Of a stretch of 64,000 nucleotides of DNA, positions 48,887 to 58,570 are shown piece after piece. Source of the DNA: Nannocystis bainbridge (GTDB lineage: Bacteria > Myxococcota_A > Polyangia > Nannocystales > Nannocystaceae); assembly GCF_028368995.1 (NCBI RefSeq), contig NZ_JAQNDL010000003.1:160001-224000 (forward strand), written 5' to 3'. The position numbers were made by a program, and so were the translations under genes. The notes beneath the pieces were generated by a model that was given only the letters and a program-made list of their open reading frames with translations, was not told the DNA's origin and did not search any database. Within the stretch, counting starts at the first letter, position 1, and every line of letters begins with the position of its first letter.

Positions 48887-49240
48887 CCGTCACCCACCGT
48901 CGCGCGGTCCTCCGGCGCGCTCGCGGCGAGCCCAGTCACGCCGGCGCCGAGACCCGGCGCGATGAAGATCGCAAGTGCGCGCGCGAACGTCTGCGCCCCG
49001 GCAGGCGGGCGCTCCGCGAGCCGTGCGAGCACGGGTCGGCGTCGAGGCGACACGCCGGCACGTGTCGGCGTGCTGGCGGGGAACACTCACCGGACACCGC
49101 GCGCCTCGCCTCTCGGCGGACGCTCCGCGTCGAGCGACGCGATCCCTCCAGGCGCCCCACCGCCTGCGCCTCGCGGACGCCGACCCTCTGGCGGGCGCGA
49201 CACCTCTGTCTCTCGCATCGACTCGAGCTCCCCTGCGTGC

Positions 49241-50656
49241 ATGCGACGACACCCCATCGCAATCGTGGCAGGTCACCTCGGATGGACTTGCGTCGGCGCC
49301 TGCGCCGGCGCACCGTCCGACGCGCCCTCCGACACTTCCACCTACGCCTCGTCCGACACCTCGGCGCACGCTCCCGACGCCTCGGCCCAGTCGTCGTCCG
49401 GGGCCGCTCTCGACGCCCCGACGTACTACCGCGACGTAGCGCCGCTGCTCGCGAGTCGATGCACCGAATGTCATCGCTCGGGGGGCATCGCGCCGTTCGC
49501 CCTCGGCACCTACGACGAGGCCGCGCCCTTCGCCGCGCTGGTCGCCAGGACCGCCGTCGAGCGGACGATGCCGCCCTTCAACCTCGACAACAGCGGCGCC
49601 TGCAACACCTACGTCGGCGCGCCCTGGCTCGCCGAGAGCGACATCGCCACCCTCACCGCCTGGGCGCAGGCCGGCGCTCCCGCGGGCGAGCCCACCGGCG
49701 AGACCCTCGAGAGCCCGTCCGTCTGGCGGCTCGATCGCGTCGACCTCACCCTCGAGATGCCGACCCCCTACGCCCCGACCGAGCCGATCGTCGACGACTA
49801 CCGCTGCTTCATCCTCGAGCCCGGCCTCGCCGAGGACGCGTTCGTCACCGCCTTCGAGGTGCGCCTCGGCCGGCCCGACGTGGTCCATCACCTGACCCTC
49901 TACGCCCTCGACACGGCGAAGGACGAGCAGGAGGCCGCGGCCCTCGACGCCGCCCAGGACGGCCCGGGCTACACCTGCTTCGGCGACACTCTGGTGCCGT
50001 CGCGCTGGCTGGTCGGCAGCGGCCCGAGCGACAAGGGCGGCGATCTTCCGGCAGGCACGGGGCTGCGCATCGGCGCCGGGCGCAAGGCCGTGCTGCAGAT
50101 GCACTACAACTGGCAGAACGGCGCCGCGCCCGATCGCACCGCCGTCGACCTCAAGCTCGAGCCGATGGTCGAGCGCGAGGCCTTCATCGGCCAGATCGCC
50201 GACAAGGAGCTCGAGCTCCCGCCCGGCCTGCCCGCGGTGAGCGAGTCCGAAGCGCTGCTCATGGACGGCGACTACACGCTGTGGGGCGTATGGCCGCACA
50301 TGCACAACCTCGGCGAGGCGCTGCGCGTGACCGCGAGCCGCCCGGGCAGCGAATCGTGCCTGGCCCAGGTGAATCGCTATCAGTTCCACTGGCAGCGGTT
50401 CGCCTTCTACGACCGACCGGTGCGCGTCTTCGGCGGTGACACCCTGCGGATCACCTGCACCTACGACACCACGAGCCGCGACACCACGACGCAGTGGGGC
50501 TTCGGGACGGACGACGAGATGTGCATCGGCTTCTTCTACATCACGCCGGGCGGCGAGACGGACCGCGCGGATGGACCCCTCGCGGCCGGCGTCAGCCGCT
50601 CGCCAGGAGCCCCTGGATCTGCTCCTTCAAGCCAGCGTCCGCGGTTCGAGCGATGA
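49241..50656 (+). CDS. Copper type II ascorbate-dependent monooxygenase (PHM/DBH-like) with N-terminal CxxCH
   Basis: CTECH, DDYRCF, VVHH, QMHY, WPHMH, DEMC. Confidence 0.88.
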   Translation: MRRHPIAIVAGHLGWTCVGACAGAPSDAPSDTSTYASSDTSAHAPDASAQSSSGAALDAPTYYRDVAPLLASRCTECHRSGGIAPFALGTYDEAAPFAALVARTAVERTMPPFNLDNSGACNTYVGAPWLAESDIATLTAWAQAGAPAGEPTGETLESPSVWRLDRVDLTLEMPTPYAPTEPIVDDYRCFILEPGLAEDAFVTAFEVRLGRPDVVHHLTLYALDTAKDEQEAAALDAAQDGPGYTCFGDTLVPSRWLVGSGPSDKGGDLPAGTGLRIGAGRKAVLQMHYNWQNGAAPDRTAVDLKLEPMVEREAFIGQIADKELELPPGLPAVSESEALLMDGDYTLWGVWPHMHNLGEALRVTASRPGSESCLAQVNRYQFHWQRFAFYDRPVRVFGGDTLRITCTYDTTSRDTTTQWGFGTDDEMCIGFFYITPGGETDRADGPLAAGVSRSPGAPGSAPSSQRPRFER

Positions 50657-50762
50657 GCGACTCGAGCGCCTCCCTCCGGGCCGCGGCGACGAGGTGCCGA
50701 TCGACGAACAACGCGAGCTGCATCTCGTTGGGTCGCCCATGTCTGCGGTCGGTTGCCGCGCG

Positions 50763-51314
50763 CTAGCGCCTCGATCGGGCTCGCCTTTTCGGCCGGGTCG
50801 CGCGACGCCTTCGAGACATGTCATGAGGGTCAGGCCCGCGCTCGGCCACCAGCGCGGCAGCGCCCCGGTCGAGAGGTCGACCTCGAAGCTCGCCGTCGGC
50901 AAGCCGAGCACCGCCCGACCCGGGGCCCGCGAACGCCAGGCCCGCAGGCTCCACCAGCGCGTCCCACGTCTGCGGCACCGGCCACACCGGGACCTCGGTC
51001 GGCCCGCGGCCCGCCTGCGGCAGCTCGCGCGCCAGCGTCGGCGCCGGCGGCTCGCTCGCCCCCCACGCGGCCAGCACCGCCTGCAGCGCCTGCTGGACCA
51101 CCGACCGGTGGTACGCGCCGACGATCGGCGGCGCCCCCAGCTCGAGCAGCCGCCGCAAGCGGACCGTCGCGTCGATCAGCGCCACCAGGCTGCCGCCGCC
51201 CGGCCCGACCACCCGCGCCCGCGCGGGCTCGTCGGCGGCCGTCAGGCGATCCTGCGCGCGCAAGATCGCCGCGGCATCGGCGGTGAAGAAGCCCGCGAGC
51301 GGATCGTCGCGCAC
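50763..51314 (-). CDS. Hypothetical protein
   Basis: Open frame downstream of the AhpD gene with plausible codon usage. No motif, boundaries uncertain. Confidence 0.45.
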   Translation of the reverse strand: MRDDPLAGFFTADAAAILRAQDRLTAADEPARARVVGPGGGSLVALIDATVRLRRLLELGAPPIVGAYHRSVVQQALQAVLAAWGASEPPAPTLARELPQAGRGPTEVPVWPVPQTWDALVEPAGLAFAGPGSGGARLADGELRGRPLDRGAAALVAERGPDPHDMSRRRRATRPKRRARSRR

Positions 51315-51456
51315 GGCTTTTTCTATCTCGAGCGCGCCGCCTTTCGTCCCCTGCGCTGCGAGCCCCGATCTTCGCGGCACGGGGTCGCGCAGACGAGCGG
51401 GCCGGGGGCCCCGGGCGAACGTCGCCGCGGCGTCGCGGGCCGACGGCTCGCCGGGC

Positions 51457-51888
51457 TCAGTGACGCGCGGCGATCGCCACGCGGTTGAGCGCGTTCATCA
51501 GCGCGATCGCCATGGTCAATTCGGAGATCTCCCGCTCGCTGAAGTGCTCCGCGAGCGCGGCGTAACTCGCGTCGGGCGCGTGGGTGCGAGCGATGTCCGT
51601 CACCGCCTCGACCCACTCGAGGGCGGCGCGCTCGCGCGGCGTATAAGCGGTACTCACCCGCCAGCCGGCCAGGGCGTCGATGCGCCGGGTCGTCTCGCCG
51701 CCGTCGCGCAGCGACTTCGCGTGCATCTCGAGGCAATACGCGCAGCCGTGGATCTGCGACACGCGCAGGTACACGAGGTCGATGAGCGGCCGGCCGAGTG
51801 GACCGCGGAGCAGCGCGGCGTGGGACGCGTAGAAGCCCTGGATCACCTCGGGCGAGAGGGCGGCGTAATCGTAGCGGGGCATCGTCAT
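51457..51888 (-). CDS. Carboxymuconolactone decarboxylase/AhpD family protein
   Basis: LRVSQIHGCAYCLEMH, RERAALEW, MNALNR. GGAGG RBS and ATGA overlap. Confidence 0.93.
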   Translation of the reverse strand: MTMPRYDYAALSPEVIQGFYASHAALLRGPLGRPLIDLVYLRVSQIHGCAYCLEMHAKSLRDGGETTRRIDALAGWRVSTAYTPRERAALEWVEAVTDIARTHAPDASYAALAEHFSEREISELTMAIALMNALNRVAIAARH

Positions 51889-52502
51889 TCCTCCGGTAGT
51901 TGCAGATCCAGCCAGGCGCGCGCGCGTCGTTCCGCGGCCTGCACCGCCTCCGGACCGCGCACGAGGCTCTCGAGGATGTGAAAACGGACGTCGCAGATCC
52001 CCACCACCGACAGCACGTGTTGCAGGTAGGGCGTGACGAAGTCGGGCTGGCGGGGCCCATCGCCGGACACGGCGCCGCCGGCACTCACGACCACGTAGGT
52101 CGGTCGGTCCGCCAGCAGACCCTCCTTGCCGCGGGGCGTCAGCGCGAAGCTGCGTCGCGCCCGCACGACATGGTCGATCCACGCCTTCAGCGTCGACGGC
52201 ACCGTGAAGTTGTGCATCGGCGTGGCGATCACCAGGCGGTCGGTGGCCTCGAGCTCGGCGATCATCGCCTCCGAGCGCGTCAGCGCCTGGCGGTCCGCGG
52301 CGGTGTGGTGCGCCTCCGGCGTCGCCATCGCCGCGGCGTAGGCGGCGTCGATGTGTGGCGGCGGCTCGACGCCGACGCGCCGCACGATCAGGTCCGCGTC
52401 GAGCGAGCGCCGCAGCAGGCGCTCGACCACCATGCGGCCCACCTGCTCGCTGTGAGACGCCGCGCCGCGCGGGCTGGCGTAGATGGCGAGGATCGAGGGC
52501 AT
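51885..52502 (-). CDS. azoR: FMN-dependent NADH-azoreductase
   Basis: ASPRGAASHS, ATPMHNFTVPSTLKAWIDHV, EGLL, SAGG, PYL. Confidence 0.88.
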   Translation of the reverse strand: MPSILAIYASPRGAASHSEQVGRMVVERLLRRSLDADLIVRRVGVEPPPHIDAAYAAAMATPEAHHTAADRQALTRSEAMIAELEATDRLVIATPMHNFTVPSTLKAWIDHVVRARRSFALTPRGKEGLLADRPTYVVVSAGGAVSGDGPRQPDFVTPYLQHVLSVVGICDVRFHILESLVRGPEAVQAAERRARAWLDLQLPEE

Positions 52503-52503
52503 G

Positions 52504-52950
52504 TCAGTCCAGGCTCCGGCCGAAATGCATACCGACCGCCAGCAGGCCCTGGCGGAAGTAGAAGCGCTGCGCCAGCGCATTGGCCATCCCGGTGTCGAGC
52601 ACCAGGCGGGCGCAGCCGAGCCGGCGCGCCTCCGCGGCGACCGCGGTGAGCAGCCGCTCGCCGAGCTGCTCGCGGCGGGCATCCTCTCGCACCACCAGGT
52701 CGTCGACGTACACGAAGCGGCCGTAGATCAGGTTCTCCTGCTCGCGGTAGCCGGCGAGCCCGAGCGGCTCCCCGCCGCGCCAGGCGGCCAGGAGGCGGTA
52801 GCCCTGCGCATGCTGGCGACGGACCCGCGTCCGCAGCTCCTCGGCGTCCCGGAGGTCCGGCCGCAGGCTCGCCATCGTCGCATAGCAGGCGCGGAGCTCG
52901 TCGTCGTGCTCCGCGTGGCGCAGCAAAATCTCGTCGGTTGCGATCGTCAC
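52504..52950 (-). CDS. GNAT family N-acetyltransferase
   Basis: YVDDLVVREDARREQLGERLL, LDTG..NALAQRFY. Confidence 0.9.
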   Translation of the reverse strand: MTIATDEILLRHAEHDDELRACYATMASLRPDLRDAEELRTRVRRQHAQGYRLLAAWRGGEPLGLAGYREQENLIYGRFVYVDDLVVREDARREQLGERLLTAVAAEARRLGCARLVLDTGMANALAQRFYFRQGLLAVGMHFGRSLD

Positions 52951-52965
52951 CCCGCGAGTATGTGA

Positions 52966-52990
52966 GGACCATGTCCTGGCCAGAAGGTCC
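52966..52990. promoter_or_regulatory. Candidate MocR operator GGACC-N15-GGTCC
   Basis: Inverted repeat in the short divergent GNAT/MocR spacer. Confidence 0.45.
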
Positions 52991-53014
52991 AAGATCTGCA
53001 AAAATCACTGGGAC

Positions 53015-54451
53015 ATGTCCGCCACGGCGTTTCCGCTGACGCTCGACCCCTCGGAGGACACCCCCTATTACCGACAGATCTACGCGCGCGTCCGCGACGC
53101 GGTCGCCGCCGGCCGGCTGCGACCCGGCGATCGGGTGCCCTCGATCCGCGGCCTCGCGAGCGACCTGGGGCTCGCGCGGGGCACCGTCGAGGCCGCCTAT
53201 GACCTGCTGATCGGCGAGGGCTATCTGCTGCCGCAGGGCCAGGCGGGCACCCGGGTGGCCGCGATCGGCCCGCACGCGGCCCGGCTCGGCCGCCCCCGCC
53301 CGGCCGGTCCGGCCGCCGCGCTGCCGGACCGGCGATCGGTGCGTCCCTTCCAGCTCGGCCTGCCGGCGCTCGACGCCTTCCCGCACGCGCTGTGGTCGCG
53401 CCTGACGGGCAGGCGGCTGCGCGACGCGACCCGGCTCGACGACGGCTACCCCGCGCCCGCCGGAGACCCGCGGCTCCGCGAGGCCATCGCGGCCCACCTG
53501 GCGCTCTCCCGCGGCCTCCGCTGCGCCCCGGCGCAGGTGTTCGTCACGGCGGGCTACCGCCACACCCTCGATCTGGTGGCGCGCACCCTGCTGCGCCTGG
53601 ACGACGCCGTGTGGGTCGAAGATCCCGGGTACCCGCCGACGCGCCTGCTCGTCGAGGCTCACGGCGCGCGCGCGGTGCCGGTGCCGGTCGACGCAGAGGG
53701 CCTGCGCGTCGCGGAGGGCCGCCGCTGCGCCGCGCGGGCCAGGCTCGCGGTCGTCACCCCGTCGCATCAAGCCCCGCTGGGGGTCGCCCTCGCCTTGCCG
53801 CGCCGCCTGGAGCTGCTCGCCTGGGCCGCCGGGGCCGGGGCCCGGGTGCTCGAGGATGACTACGACGGCGAATACCGCTACGAGGGCCGGCCGCTGCCGG
53901 CCCTCGCCAGCCTCGACCGCGAGGGCGTGGTCTACTACGCCGGCACTTTCAGCAAGGTGCTGCTGCCCGCGCTGCGCCTCGCCTACGTCGTCGTCCCCGA
54001 GCGGGACGTGCCCCGCTTCGAGGCGACCTGCGCCGCCTTCCACGGCGGGTGCCCGCAGTTGGTCCAGGCGGTCGTCGCGGACTTCATGCGCGAGGGTCAC
54101 TTCGCCCGCCACGTGAAGAAGATGCGCGGCCTCTACGCGCGGCGCCGGGCGGCGGTGGTCGATGCCCTGCGCGCGGTGTTCGGCGCGCGCCTCCGCGTCG
54201 AGCTGCAAGCGGGCGGCATGCACCTGCTCGTGCGCCTGCCGGGCCGCGCCGACGACCGCGAGCTCGCCCGCGCCGCCGACCGAGCAGGCCTGGCGCTGCA
54301 AGCCATGAGCGACTGGCAGCACGAACAGCCAGTCGAGCCGGGGCTGCTGCTCGGCTTCACCAACGTCGCCAGCCCAGCCGCGGCGCGCACCCTCGCTGAG
54401 GAGCTGCGGGCAGCCTGGCGCCCGGCGCCGCCGCGCCGTCGCGCGGGATGA
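53015..54451 (+). CDS. MocR/GabR family regulator (GntR HTH + PLP aminotransferase domain)
   Basis: PSIRGLASDLGLARGTV, EDPGYP, TPSHQ, EDDYDGEYRY, GTFSK. Confidence 0.95.
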   Translation: MSATAFPLTLDPSEDTPYYRQIYARVRDAVAAGRLRPGDRVPSIRGLASDLGLARGTVEAAYDLLIGEGYLLPQGQAGTRVAAIGPHAARLGRPRPAGPAAALPDRRSVRPFQLGLPALDAFPHALWSRLTGRRLRDATRLDDGYPAPAGDPRLREAIAAHLALSRGLRCAPAQVFVTAGYRHTLDLVARTLLRLDDAVWVEDPGYPPTRLLVEAHGARAVPVPVDAEGLRVAEGRRCAARARLAVVTPSHQAPLGVALALPRRLELLAWAAGAGARVLEDDYDGEYRYEGRPLPALASLDREGVVYYAGTFSKVLLPALRLAYVVVPERDVPRFEATCAAFHGGCPQLVQAVVADFMREGHFARHVKKMRGLYARRRAAVVDALRAVFGARLRVELQAGGMHLLVRLPGRADDRELARAADRAGLALQAMSDWQHEQPVEPGLLLGFTNVASPAAARTLAEELRAAWRPAPPRRRAG

Positions 54452-54654
54452 GCGGCGCTGGAGCGTCTCCACCACCGGGCAAGCCTGCTCGACAGGCGCG
54501 GGTCGGAGCGCGAACCAGACCGGGAACGCGAGCAAGCGAGGGCGACCGCCAGGGACTGGCCGCGGGCGCCGAGCGCGAGGGCGGTCGCCGGGGCGTCGGC
54601 GTCCCGGCGGTGCCGGTTTGTACCCCCGTGGACGAACGCAGTAGAGTCCCGCAC

Positions 54655-55485
54655 GTGACCAGGCTCCTGAGCGCGCTCATCCTCGTCGTGGCTTGCAGCG
54701 GCGGTCCATCGCGGCCGCTCGCCGAGGAGATCCTCGGCGAGTGGGAGGTGCTGTGCCGCACTGACAAGGAGTCGACGGCGACCTGCCTCGGCAAGGAGAA
54801 CCGCGGCATGTACAAGACCTTTCTCCCGGCCGGCAAACTGGTGAGCGGCGCGCGCACGGGGATCTCGATGGACGGCACGTGGACGCTGACCGGCGACGAG
54901 CTCGTGCTGGCCTTCGAGGGCGGCGGGATGCGCATCCAGGAGAGCTACCGGGCGCGGATCGAGGACGGCAGGCTGGTGCTGTGGTTCCCGACGCGGGAGT
55001 TCGGGTCCGTGCTCGGTCGAGTCGGGGCGGCGTTCGAGCCCGGCGCGAGCAAACAATCCGCCGGCGGGCCGACGTCGCACGCGATCGGCGGGGTGGCCTA
55101 CACGCTCGCCCTCCCCCCCGACTACCGGCTCGCGCGTGACGACAACAACCGCCAGGAGTGGTCGCCGTCGGCGAACACCGGGTTCATCGTCAAGCTCTCG
55201 ATCTCGGCGCGCTCGCAGACGCAGGTCGACGGCAAGTGGGTGACGCCACCCTGCAATGATTACGATGATGGGGGAGTCTCGGGGTCGGGCAACGTGATCG
55301 ACGGGGTCGAGCGCGACACCTCGATCGGCACCACGGTGTGCCTCGACGGCCGTGACCAGGCGCTCATGTGCTCGGCCGAGCACACGCGCGGGTACCTCGA
55401 GAAGGCCGAGCTGGACGCCGCGCTCGCGCTCTGCAGATCGCTCGTGGTCGAGGGCGGACTCGACGCCCGTCGCGCGCCCAGGTGA
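54655..55485 (+). CDS. Hypothetical lipoprotein (lipocalin-like N-domain)
   Basis: GTG start, lipobox VVAC, ILGEW...GTWTLTGDELVL. Cys-containing second domain. Confidence 0.7.
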   Translation: MTRLLSALILVVACSGGPSRPLAEEILGEWEVLCRTDKESTATCLGKENRGMYKTFLPAGKLVSGARTGISMDGTWTLTGDELVLAFEGGGMRIQESYRARIEDGRLVLWFPTREFGSVLGRVGAAFEPGASKQSAGGPTSHAIGGVAYTLALPPDYRLARDDNNRQEWSPSANTGFIVKLSISARSQTQVDGKWVTPPCNDYDDGGVSGSGNVIDGVERDTSIGTTVCLDGRDQALMCSAEHTRGYLEKAELDAALALCRSLVVEGGLDARRAPR

Positions 55486-55810
55486 GCGGACAGCTGCACG
55501 CGGGAGTCCGGTCGATGCGCTCCGCGCGGGCGCGCTCGCGGGCCCGGCCGTCGGGGAGCGCCTGGACGGCGTCATGGGCGAAGGGCGGCCGCAACAAGCT
55601 GCTCCTCGCCCTGCACGACCAGAGCGAACACGGGCTCGTCGTTGCTCCGAGATTGGTCGGATCGTGCAATCCGTCGGAACGATTCGTTCCGCGGCTGGCG
55701 ACCACGAGCTGCATCGAGCGACTCTGTCGCGTCGGCGGCGATCCGATCGGTGATCTCGGGTCGAATTGTGCTGTTTGGGCCGCGTGCTCAGTCGTCGCCC
55801 CATACGATTT

Positions 55811-56461
55811 TCATGCGCTCGAGGTCCAGGTGGGCGTCGTCGCCGGCGAAGTTTCCGCCGACGTCTCGCTCGTCGATGTGCAGGTAGCGCGGGCGCACGC
55901 GTGTCTCGTATGAATTCGTCGTGCCGCCGAAGTGGTTGCGAGCCAAGGCCGCGAGCTGCTCTCGGGCCAGCTCTTTGTAGCCGCGGCTGTTGGTCGGTTT
56001 GCCGACGTTGGGGTCCTCGAAGCGTGCGCGCAGCTCGATGAATCGGTGGTCCTTGCCCGCGGGTCCGCGCGCCCCGGGTACGGGCAGAGTTCGACCGGAA
56101 TCGTATTTTCGACGCACTTCCAGAGGCCGTCGACACAGCCCGGATTCAGGACACCGTTGGCGCAGAAACCCGGCTCGTCGTCGACCTCGATGCACGCAGC
56201 ACATCGAAGCGGCACCTCGGGGCCGGGGTGCGCATCGGCCTCGCAGTGGAGGGGTGACGTGGTCTCGCTGGGGCTGCCGCTGCCGGTCGGACTCTCAGTG
56301 GTCGTTCCGTTCCCGGTCGTGCTCGTTCCGGCGCCCGACGAGTCGGTCTCGGTCGTGCTCGGCCTGGCGCCCGACGAGTCGGTCTCGGTCGTGCTCGTGC
56401 CGCCGGACGGGCCCGCGCAGGCGACGAGAAGGATCAGAATGAGCGGTCGCAGATTCCCCAC
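55811..56461 (-). CDS. Small Cys-containing lipoprotein, 3' end probably chimeric
   Basis: Lipobox LVAC, duplicated STTETDSSG, Cys domain up to CPYPG (~56075), then apparently out-of-frame sequence. Confidence 0.55.
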   Translation of the reverse strand: MGNLRPLILILLVACAGPSGGTSTTETDSSGARPSTTETDSSGAGTSTTGNGTTTESPTGSGSPSETTSPLHCEADAHPGPEVPLRCAACIEVDDEPGFCANGVLNPGCVDGLWKCVENTIPVELCPYPGRADPRARTTDSSSCAHASRTPTSANRPTAAATKSWPESSSRPWLATTSAARRIHTRHACARATCTSTSETSAETSPATTPTWTSSA

Positions 56462-56537
56462 GGCTCAATCTACGCCTTGCGGCGTCCCGCGACAGCTCGA
56501 TGCAGCCCACTGGCCGCGCGCGGAGACTCCGCTCGCG

Positions 56538-57032
56538 TCAGGACTCTGCCCGGGTGAAATCCATGATCCAGTTGGTCTCCCAGGTCATGCCGCCGTCGTA
56601 GGAGAAGGCCTGGGTCCAGCGTGCGCTGTGCGGCGTGATGTCGGACCAGATGAAGCGGGCGAGGATCGGCTGGTCGCCATCCATGTCGGGGCCCACGAAC
56701 ACGCCGACGCCCCCGTCGAAGCCGCCGCGCACGGGCGGCTGGAGCTGGCCGTCGAGGCTGTTGAGCCACCAGATCGACCACTGGCCCGTCTGCAGATCCA
56801 GCGCCCGCAGGGCCATGCCGGTCCAGCCGCGCGCGGGACAAACGACTTCCTCGACGTTGGCGGCGCCGCCCAGACGCGGTTCGCAGGTCGAGGCGGAGGG
56901 GAAGGCGTCCCAGTCCGCGGCGCCGGCGTTGCGGGTCTTCAGCCGCCGGTTGGCGATGGTCCAGCGACCGTGGATGAAGTGGAAGGCGTGGGCGGCCGGC
57001 GAGGCAGAGGGAGCGAGGGCGGCGGTGGTCAT
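56538..57032 (-). CDS. DUF1579-like protein
   Basis: FHFIHGRWTIANRRL, WSIWW, RWTQAFSYDGGMTWETNWIMDF. GGAGG RBS. Confidence 0.8.
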   Translation of the reverse strand: MTTAALAPSASPAAHAFHFIHGRWTIANRRLKTRNAGAADWDAFPSASTCEPRLGGAANVEEVVCPARGWTGMALRALDLQTGQWSIWWLNSLDGQLQPPVRGGFDGGVGVFVGPDMDGDQPILARFIWSDITPHSARWTQAFSYDGGMTWETNWIMDFTRAES

Positions 57033-57084
57033 GACAGGTTCCTCCATGGGCTTGGTGCCCGTTCAGGAGGCATAAGCCCCATAA

Positions 57085-57103
57085 CCTGTCATCCCGTGTC
57101 AGG
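57085..57103. promoter_or_regulatory. Candidate WYL-regulator operator CCTGTCA-N5-TGTCAGG; -10-like TAGCCT at 57114
   Basis: Near-perfect inverted repeat (1 mismatch) between divergent genes. The -10-like box lies 6 nt before the WYL ATG (leaderless-like). Confidence 0.6.
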
Positions 57104-57125
57104 ATTTATCGGCTAGCCTCGAACA

Positions 57126-58091
57126 ATGCGCGCCAGCCGGCTGCTTTCCATCCTGCTCCTGCTCCAGACCCGGGGGCGGATGACGGCCGAGGCGCTGGCC
57201 GCCGAGTTCGAGGTGTCGGTGCGCACGATCTATCGCGACATCGACCAACTCAGCGCCGCCGGGGTGCCGGTCCATGCGGATCGCGGGCGGGCTGGGGGGT
57301 TCCAGCTGCTGGACGGCTATCGCACGCGGCTGACCGGCCTGACGGACGGCGAGGCCGAGACGCTGTTTCTGGGCGGGCTGGCCGGGCCGGCGGCGCAGAT
57401 GGGCTTCGCCGAATCGCTGACGACCATGCAGCTGAAGCTGCTGGCCGCCTTGCCGCCCGAGCGCCAGGCGGCGGCGGAGCGGCTGGCAGGACGGTTCCAC
57501 CTCGATCCCGTCGGCTGGTATCAGCATACCGATGGCGCCGAACGCCTGCCCGCCATCGCCCAGGCCATCTGGAACGAGCGCCGGATCGCCGTCGCTTATG
57601 AGAGCTGGAAGGGGCCGGTCGAGCGCGAGCTCGAGCCGCTGGGCCTGATCCTGAAGGGCGGCGCGTGGTATCTGGCGGCCCGGCCGCGCGCGGCCAATGG
57701 CGTACGCACCTATCGAGTGGCGAACATCCGCGAACTGGCGGTCCATGACGAGCGGTTCGAGCGGCCGGCCGATTTCGATCTGGCCGCCTGGTGGGCCGAG
57801 ACGTCGCAGCGGTTCGAGCGCGACCTGTTCACCGGGGAAGCGCGGCTGCGCCTGACCCACGAGGGGTTGAAGCGGCTGTCCAGCCTCGGCGCGGAGCAGG
57901 CTCGTATCGCCTCCGGCGTGGCCTGCGTCGCCGACGGCCATGCCGAGGTCACCGTGCCGATCGAGTCGATCGCTCACGCAGCCCGCGACCTGCTGCGCCT
58001 CGGCGCCGAGGCCGAGGTCCTGGACCCGCCGGAACTCCGTCGCGCCCTGGCCGACACTGCCGCACGCATGGCGACGCTGTATCGCGCCTGA
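57126..58091 (+). CDS. HTH-WYL transcriptional regulator (YafY/DriD-like)
   Basis: LAAEFEVSVRTIYRDIDQL, EPLGLILKGGAWYL, RTYRV, DFDLAAWW, EVLDPPELR. Confidence 0.95.
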   Translation: MRASRLLSILLLLQTRGRMTAEALAAEFEVSVRTIYRDIDQLSAAGVPVHADRGRAGGFQLLDGYRTRLTGLTDGEAETLFLGGLAGPAAQMGFAESLTTMQLKLLAALPPERQAAAERLAGRFHLDPVGWYQHTDGAERLPAIAQAIWNERRIAVAYESWKGPVERELEPLGLILKGGAWYLAARPRAANGVRTYRVANIRELAVHDERFERPADFDLAAWWAETSQRFERDLFTGEARLRLTHEGLKRLSSLGAEQARIASGVACVADGHAEVTVPIESIAHAARDLLRLGAEAEVLDPPELRRALADTAARMATLYRA

Positions 58092-58249
58092 CGATCGGGC
58101 GGGTCTGAGCAACTCCATGACCCGAGCGAGTGCGACGCCGCGTCGGCCGATCGCCCGGGAAAAACAGGAGCGCGGCGGGCGCGAGGGCGAGCGGCACGAG
58201 GCCGAAAAATTCTTCGACGGGAATCGGCGCTGCTGGAGATGCGACCGTC

Positions 58250-58554
58250 ATGCACACGCGCCCTCCATCACGTCTTTCGTCCTCGCCCCCGAAATTGCGG
58301 CGTGGGACGACGTGGACGACGACGACACCGCCTCCGGCACCACGGCCGCGGCCTCGCCAGTGACGACGAGCCCGACCGGTCCGAACGGCGACACCGACGA
58401 CCCGCCCGTCGCTGGCAAGCAGCGACGACGGCGATCTCCACGAATCCCGCGACGAGCGATAGCCCCTCCTATCGACGACGGCGACACGACCCACCTGGCA
58501 ACCGGCGACGACGACGCTGACGGTGATACGACCGGCAGCGACGGGTCGCCCTGA
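58250..58554 (+). pseudogene. Decayed lipoprotein N-terminus
   Basis: FVLAPEIAAW-DDVDDDDTASGTT...GDTDDP looks like a lipobox with Cys->Trp plus a typical linker, but has no in-frame start and no domain. Confidence 0.45.
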
Positions 58555-58570
58555 TTCGGAGTTCATTCCA

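Noticed and set aside
50805-50830. GACATGTC at 50815 (also GATATGTC near 47185) as members of the palindrome family
   Set aside because: Only a half-unit, without a matching arm at the 14-bp spacing.
57126-58091. WYL regulator as a marker of a defence island
   Set aside because: It is YafY/DriD-type, paired with a DUF1579-like gene, and no defence genes are nearby.
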